Shown piece after piece: positions 57,173-64,000 of a stretch of 64,000 nucleotides of DNA. Each line of letters begins with the position of its first letter. The first letter of the stretch is position 1. The notes beneath the pieces were generated by a model that did no database searches, had not been told where the DNA came from, and saw only the letters and a program-made list of their open reading frames with translations. The translations under genes were made by a program, and so were the position numbers. Source of the DNA: Octopus vulgaris (lineage: Eukaryota); NCBI GenBank assembly GCA_951406725.2, contig OX597836.1, forward strand, positions 34,038,001 to 34,102,000, written 5' to 3'.

Positions 57173-57708
57173 ATATGTTTCGGGCCTTTATTAGACAGAT
57201 TTATAACAATGCATAATGTATGTCTGTGGCCTTCTTCAGCCGCGCACAACAGCTTCCACAAGGACATGTGTTACATCAAAAATTCTTGGTTGGGGATGCA
57301 AATCCTCTCATTCGCGTACGACCTCCATCTTCACGTCTATATATGTATTTATTTATTTACATTACTTCAACATCCAATTTTCCTCATTCTACATTGAGAG
57401 AAGAAAGAGATGGACGCTTCAATTCTATGCTGCTGCCGCATTATGTCGTACGCGAATGAGAGGATTTGCATCCCCAACCAAGAATTTTTGATGTAACACA
57501 TGTCCTTGTGGAAGCTGTTGTGCGCGGCTGAAGAAGGCCACAGACATACATTATGCATTGTTATAAATCTGTCTAATAAAGGCCCGAAACATATGTACCG
57601 CTGAATCCTTCGCATCATGTTTTTATTTTGATCAATTTACTCCACCACCTACACCACCAAACGGTATACACAGGTGCTTATAATTATCAAGTACTCACCC
57701 CGAATTTC

Positions 57709-57710
<2 letters not shown>
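57173..57710. mobile_element. Penelope-like terminus with perfect 150-bp inverted arms (57173-57322 and 57445-57594)
   Basis: Arms read as exact reverse complements; hammerhead in the right arm; (TA)n flanks. Confidence 0.85.
57524..57601 (+). ncRNA. Type I hammerhead ribozyme motif
   Basis: GCGG-CTGAAGA-AGGCC...GGCCC-GAAAC-ATAT-GTA/CCGC. Confidence 0.8.
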
Positions 57711-57745
<35 letters not shown>

Positions 57746-58002
57746 CACGGAGTAGACGAAACAGGGGCAGCTGAAAAAGGGGAATATTCCTTGTGTTGTA
57801 TGTCTTGTACTCTGTTTTTTCTTTGTTCGAAAAAAGTCCGTTTCCATGGTCTTGTTTTTATGTTTTCGTTTTTCATTGTGTTCGTCGTTTTGTTGGTGTC
57901 CTGTACCTATATATTTGCATGTATATATACATATAGATGTAGGTATGTACATATATGTATGTATATATGCATATGTTTTATATATTATTTTGTTATATAT
58001 AT

Positions 58003-58221
58003 CAGTGCTTTTCAATCTTTTTGCTGGAGCGGAACCCCAAGGAAACATTCCACTGGCTCGAGGAACCCCTGTGCAATAATTTAATAGTCTTATGCACACA
58101 TATCTGCACAGGAGAATTAAAAATTACTGCCGATTTTAGCAGTTTTGTAACTTCTTGCGGAACCCCTAGACTGTACTGGCGGAACCCTAAGGTTCCGCGG
58201 AACCCTGGTTGAAAGCCACTG
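58003..58221. mobile_element. hAT (Charlie-like) MITE
   Basis: cagtgcttttcaa...ttgaaagccactg TIRs, internal ggaaccc repeats, atatatat flanks compatible with an 8-bp TSD. Confidence 0.75.
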
Positions 58222-58234
58222 ATATATATATATA

Positions 58235-58410
58235 GGGGGACGAATTCACAAAACAAAAAAGACGAAGACAGGTGGTGTAGACAACAAATAGATGTATTAG
58301 TATAACGCTCGGGAAGTGAAAATGTCTTTAACGTTTCGAACCTACGCACTTCCACAGAAAGGAACATAGAAAGAAGGAGAGATTATAAAGAATGTGTAGT
58401 GGCTAGCGAT
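58235..58410 (-). mobile_element. Short element with a hammerhead-like variant (58326-58361); sister copy at 58795-59000 (58896-58929)
   Basis: - strand TTT-CTGTGGA/CTGTAGA-AGAGC-GTAG-GCTC-GAAACGT(T/A)/AAA. Confidence 0.55.
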
Positions 58411-58502
58411 ATATATATATGAGTCCATCATATATATATAATGGAATAATTACTATGAAGCATTGTGTAGAATATATTGCATAATGGATCGCGGGTAAGG
58501 CG

Positions 58503-58732
58503 AGAACAATGCGAAGTAAATGCAAGACAAATCACATGAAAACAAATATGTGAATTAATGTAGACCTACCTTGCACTCAATATTTCGGGGTTATGATCGA
58601 TGTGCACATCGGCAACATTCGTCAATTTCTTGAAAATGGGGTCATAACCCCGAAATATTGAATGATTGAATGCAAGCTAAGTCTACATTCATATATTTGT
58701 TTTCTTGTGATTTGCCTTGCATTGTTCTGGCC
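58503..58732. mobile_element. Decayed inverted-repeat element with a degenerate hammerhead (58627-58662)
   Basis: tcaatatttcggggttatga/tcataaccccgaaatattga; TTC-TTGAAAA-TGGGGT-CATA-ACCCC-GAAATATT/GAA. Confidence 0.55.
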
Positions 58733-58737
58733 TTTCT

Positions 58738-58798
<61 letters not shown>

Positions 58799-59010
58799 AG
58801 AGTTTACAAAAAAACAAAACAAAACAAAAGACGAAGACAGGCGGTGTACAAAACAAACAGATGAATTAGTATAAAACTCAGGAATAGAAAAAGTGTTTTA
58901 CGTTTCGAGCCTACGCTCTTCTACAGAAAGGGACACAGAAAAAACAAGGAGAGAAAAAATGTGTGTAGTGGCTAACGATCTATCATGGCGTCTGACTGTG
59001 TATATATATG

Positions 59011-59089
<79 letters not shown>

Positions 59090-59416
59090 GAGAGCGTTTG
59101 GTATCCAGAAGACTCAAAATTTCATTTATACTACAAGATCCATTTGAACGAACAGCACATAAAATTAATATCTACACACTATCCATTTATAGTTACAAAA
59201 TATGAACTATCGGAATTTACACACCATGGACAAGAAGCCTCTTTACTCATTCTACACAGCACATTCCTTGATTTATGGAACTGCAGTTGTAACATCCAAC
59301 ATATATTTTTATTTTACTTCTCATATTTTACTTTATACTTCCTACATCTCCCCCTTTCCAAAATAACTTCTCATATTGAACTCTACTATTTCCTTCTATT
59401 TAACTCTCTCATATCA

Positions 59417-59462
59417 TCTCTGATGATGGAATATTCTTTATATCCCTGAAACAGCTGTAAGG
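59417..59462 (+). ncRNA. Type I hammerhead motif
   Basis: TCT-CTGATGA-TGGA...TCCCT-GAAAC-AGCT-GTA/AGG. Confidence 0.65.
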
Positions 59463-59613
59463 CTACCTCTCTCTTTATAAATGTCCTAGAAATTTCACAG
59501 TGCCTTGGCTTTGTCGTCTCATTTCATTCAACACAGACAGACAGACAGACACACACACACACACACACACGCACACACACACACAGACACACACACACAC
59601 GCGCGCGCGCACG

Positions 59614-59677
<64 letters not shown>

Positions 59678-59911
59678 CAGGGTTGGCCAAAAGTCACCTG
59701 AGAGTAAATCAAAACCATTTAATCCCAAGATTTATTTATGTTTAACAGCTTGAATGAATTTAATAAAAGCATCTAAATATGAAACATGATGAAAATTGTT
59801 CAAACTGAAGTCCTTCTCTAGCGACACATTTTCCCATTCGAGTCAATACAGAATTACAGATAGTATTTATGGAATTTTGATTTACTGTCGGGTGACTTCT
59901 GGCCAACCCTG
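59678..59911. mobile_element. Tc1/mariner-derived MITE
   Basis: TA-cagggttggccaaaagtcacc...ggtgacttctggccaaccctg-TA; internal GKCVAREGLQFEQ transposase tail. Confidence 0.85.
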
Positions 59912-60254
59912 TATATTTTCGACAAGCTTCCACACAATTTCTGCCAACCAAAATTATTCCCAAGGCATTGGCCGGCCCAGGGCATATAGTAGAGGTCGCT
60001 TGCCCAAGATGGTACGCAGTGAGACTGAATCCCAATATATGTGGTTCCGCGGCGAACTGCTTAGCCATAAAACCATGATTGGATCTGCAAAATATGGGCA
60101 TAAATACATAAATATTCTTTTACTCTTTTGCTTGCATCAGTCATAGAACTGTGGCCATGCTGGAGTACGGCCTCAGGAATATATGGAAGAAGCTTTGTTT
60201 CTAGGCTAGAAAGCTTCACTGTTGTCATTATAATTTGAAAATGAAAATGAGTGA

Positions 60255-60288
<34 letters not shown>

Positions 60289-60361
60289 GCACGCATGCGT
60301 ACACATGCGCCCACTTAGATACATACATGCACTCATACACACACGCTCACACATGTATATA

Positions 60362-60579
60362 CGAGGGGGTGCACCTGAAAAATTCCTGGCGTTGGGAAAA
60401 AGAAAATACAAGAGGATCAGTTAATTATGATTTTATTCAACATATTCCCCTCTCAGATTCACACTTATTGCAGTGGCCCTTCAGTTTTTCCGAGCCCCGT
60501 GAAAGAACTCAGAAGGTTGGGGCTGCAATAAGGCCTTTCGCGATTCCCTTAGAACCAGATAGTTTTCAGCACTCCCTCG
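60362..60579. mobile_element. Mariner-derived MITE
   Basis: TA-cgagggggtgcacctgaaaa...ttttcagcactccctcg. Confidence 0.75.
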
Positions 60580-60581
60580 TC

Positions 60582-61082
60582 TATCTGAAAGGTCTAGAGA
60601 CAAACACTTACCTCTCTGGTCAATCTCTCATCAACTTCTTCAAGTATCACTTGAAGAGGAAGGTGAGAGTAGAGAGGCAAGTTTTGTCTAGTGAATGCTT
60701 CAAAAAAAGATGGGTGAATGTAGCAAGGATGGTACATGCGAATGATGGAACCAACTTGAGCATAATCTTATGAACCAAAAGAAAAAAAAAAGAAGGGGAA
60801 AAAGAGAGCCACTTACTGTAATGTGTTTTCTTTTTGCATGACACTATTGCCCAAGGGTCCCGTGGTCTTTTCCCTAAGCTTTTCTACCCACGGACAAACC
60901 TAATCTGTTTTCCCTTTTTACATTGACATGTCTGTGATACACGATCCCTATTGATCGGCCCCACTCTCCTTTCTTTTCACGATCCTTTTGATCGGAATTC
61001 GACCCTTTTTCCCTCCTTCTCCTCAAAAAGAAAGTTTGTATTTTGTCCCTTCTGTGTTCAGCCCTGCGTGGCCAACAAAGAA

Positions 61083-61158
<76 letters not shown>

Positions 61159-61527
61159 CTTGACTATGATCCTATGAACCGTAAAAATTAATACAGAGAG
61201 TTGCTTATTTGTAAAAAAATATAACATGTGACTTCATTGACCGAGGTTACCGTGGTCTTTTCCGTAGGCTTTTCTTTCCACGGGTAAACCTCACCTGTCC
61301 TCCCCTTTACACTTTATATTGACATTTCTATGATAACGATCCATATTGATCGATTTTTTCTTTTTCCATTTATTTTATTCCCCTCCCCATTTTTTTGCCT
61401 TCCTCTTTCTTTTTACGATCCCTTTTGATCGAAAACCAAACCTCCTTTTTTTATCCCCAAAAGAAAAGCTCTACCTTGTAATTTGTCCCGTCTTTGTGCA
61501 GCCCTGTGTGGCTAATAAAGAAACATA
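60582..61527 (+). mobile_element. Two tandem Tx1-like 3' ends separated by (TCTA)n
   Basis: 60582-61083 and 61165-61527 match 48858-49417; each ends in TCTA repeats. Confidence 0.75.
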
Positions 61528-62411
61528 TCTATCTATTGAATAATATTAATAAGAAGCTAACTACACCACGGATACATGCATTGGGAAATAATCCTGATGT
61601 CGAACACATGTGTTGAACAAATCTGGCCATTTCAGTTGCAGGTGCATTTCATTCGATGTCCCTCTATTTTCCATCAACGCTAAGAAACTATGAGTGAAAA
61701 CACTTGACCAAGGTGCAGAGCGGTGAGTTTGAACCAGGCACCTTCCTCACAGTACTGCAGCGCCATCTGTTTTTTAACCAATCGGCCAATCAATCCCATT
61801 GCCCATAGACAGGGATACACATTAGCTTCAAGAAAACCAGACTTCCGCGTATATTTACATGCAAGCATATTTGGAATCGAACACATCCACCACAACCACA
61901 CACGTGCGCATGCACGCTCAATCACAAACATACGTACACGCATGCGCACGCCCGAGCTGAAACTCACACACCGATGCGAACGCCATCTAAACATGCCCAG
62001 CGTAAAAGAAAGAAAGAATGGTTAAAAACAACGATTTTTGATTCGATCTAAATGTCACCTTTAATTTCCAAAAGAGATTTGCCGTTCTGCTTCTCTTCTC
62101 TTACACTGTGTCTGTTCCATTCAATTTTGTTCAATGTCTATGTTTGGTCTTCGTGGTATATGCGTGCGTGTGTGTGTGTGTTTGTGTGTGTGTATGCTTG
62201 TATGTAAGAAAATATGAATATATAGGTACGTAGGAATATTTGGGCTTACATACACATATGTAATACGCTCACACACACACACACACACCTACAGACACAC
62301 ATACACACATACACGACACACATTTACTTGCATAAACTTATTATGTGTAGATTATATATAACATTATATATATACATATGTATATATACATAATTTACAT
62401 ATATATGTATA

Positions 62412-62452
<41 letters not shown>

Positions 62453-63715
62453 TATAATATATGTATAAATGCATATACATATGTATATGTATATATATAT
62501 ATAACGTTCTGCAATTTGTATATGTATGTGTATATATAAATATTTTATTCTGAATATATGAATATATATATATATATATATATATACACGCGCGCACACA
62601 TGCACACACATAGACACACAGACGCACACACACATATATACATAAATTCACACCTATTCATATATATTGTAGATTATGTATTATATATATTGTGAATATG
62701 TTGCATATATATGTATATTTAATACATACACACACATGCACTCACATACACACTCACGTACAAACGCGTATATGTGTATGTGTGTGTATGTGTGCATGTG
62801 CGTGTAGATTTGCATTTAGAAGTCTATGCATATGTGTATGGTGTGTGCGCGCACATATTCCGTCCACTTGCAAACTGCTTAAGGAAAGGAAAAAAAGAGA
62901 AAAAAAAGGAAACATTAAAAAGGAATATATAAGCAAAAAATGTGTCAGCCATCAAGCAGCACTGGTTGTCTCTGCAGAACGTCTACTGCTGTTATGGTTG
63001 TTTTCGCTACTGCTGCAGCTGATTCTTCTAATGGTGATGATGATTATGATGATGCTGACGATGATTGAAACATTTCTGCCTTAAAATGGCGGACGGTCAT
63101 CGGAAGCCATTTTCTGTATAAATGGTTATCAAGTTACGAAATGCATTTATTTAGAAGAACAATGATTGAATGTAGAGCACGAAAAAGGAATGAAAGGAAA
63201 AACACAAATTTTTTTTTGTCCCCAGTGGCATAGTGAGAGGATGTAGAGGGAAGCGCCGTTGACCCTTTTGAGCCTCTCTGAATGGTAGGAAGAGGAAGAA
63301 AGAAAGTGTTCCTCGATTTAGAGACCTCGCTAGATTGTTCTAATGGAGTGAACTCTTTTAATGGCTGCCAAGTTAACGAGAAATTTTACTTCTTTAATAT
63401 AAGAAAATTATATTGAAACACCTTCAGTCTGTAGTCTCAGAATTCCTTACCCCACCTCAGTATTTAGCATCTGAGAGATCATGCCCTCCCCTGCATAAAA
63501 TACCAGCTTATTCACAAATTCGATGGGGAACCCAAAAGTAACTGGAAACGTTCTCTGTGGGACAAGCCCGTTGTAGTTCAGGCTACCGCCGCTAGAACCC
63601 GCTTGATATAACTCTCGGGCATCAGTCTGCCGACCGGTGTCGACCTCTGGTGTCGAACTGCCACGTGATGCATCTTTGTTTTGCAGTGCTTCTTCCTTGT
63701 TTGTTGATTTTTGCA

Positions 63716-64000
63716 ATGGCTGAAACGAAGGAACAGCACGCTTCCGTGAAATTCTGTTTTCTGCTGGGGGAAACGGCAGCCGAAACAGTCGTCATGCTTC
63801 GAACAGCTTACAAGGACACTGCCATGAGCAAAACACAAGTTCACAAGAAGTTTTCACGACTTTGGAACGGTCACTTGTCGCTTGAAGACCAACCTCGCTC
63901 AGGACAACCGTCGAGCTCCCGAACGAATGAAAACATCATGAAAATTGATGAAATGATCTTGGAGGATCGTCACTGAACAATTGAGGAACTTGTTGCTATG
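63716..64000 (+). pseudogene. Mariner transposase N-terminal HTH region, disrupted, runs off the window
   Basis: EQHASVKFCFLLGETAAETVVMLRTAYKDTAMSKTQV...SLEDQPRSGQPS; in-frame stop at 63974. Confidence 0.9.

Noticed and set aside
63083-63113. Inverted YY1-like AAAATGGC...GCCATTTT pair as a promoter
   Set aside because: Too short, with no associated gene evidence

Overview
Eukaryotic, AT-rich, microsatellite-saturated DNA; the SINE and LINE families and the repeat load fit an octopus (coleoid cephalopod) intergenic or large-intron region (inference). No host protein-coding gene is supported, and nearly all listed ORFs are microsatellite artefacts. The window holds three tRNA-derived SINE families, LINE 3' ends (R4/Dong-type in (TAA)n, Tx1-type in (TCTA)n, RTE, CR1), Tc1/mariner, pogo, hAT, Helentron and piggyBac-like remnants, several tandem arrays and an orphan 18S rRNA 5' fragment. 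The strongest hidden signal is more than ten type I hammerhead ribozyme motifs (CUGANGA...GAAA...UH with stems I-III). They belong to several unrelated short families, sit mostly in (TA)n tracts and are often arranged as inverted repeats or palindromes, the hallmark of Penelope-like element termini or retrozyme-like elements. All folds were read by eye and element boundaries are approximate.
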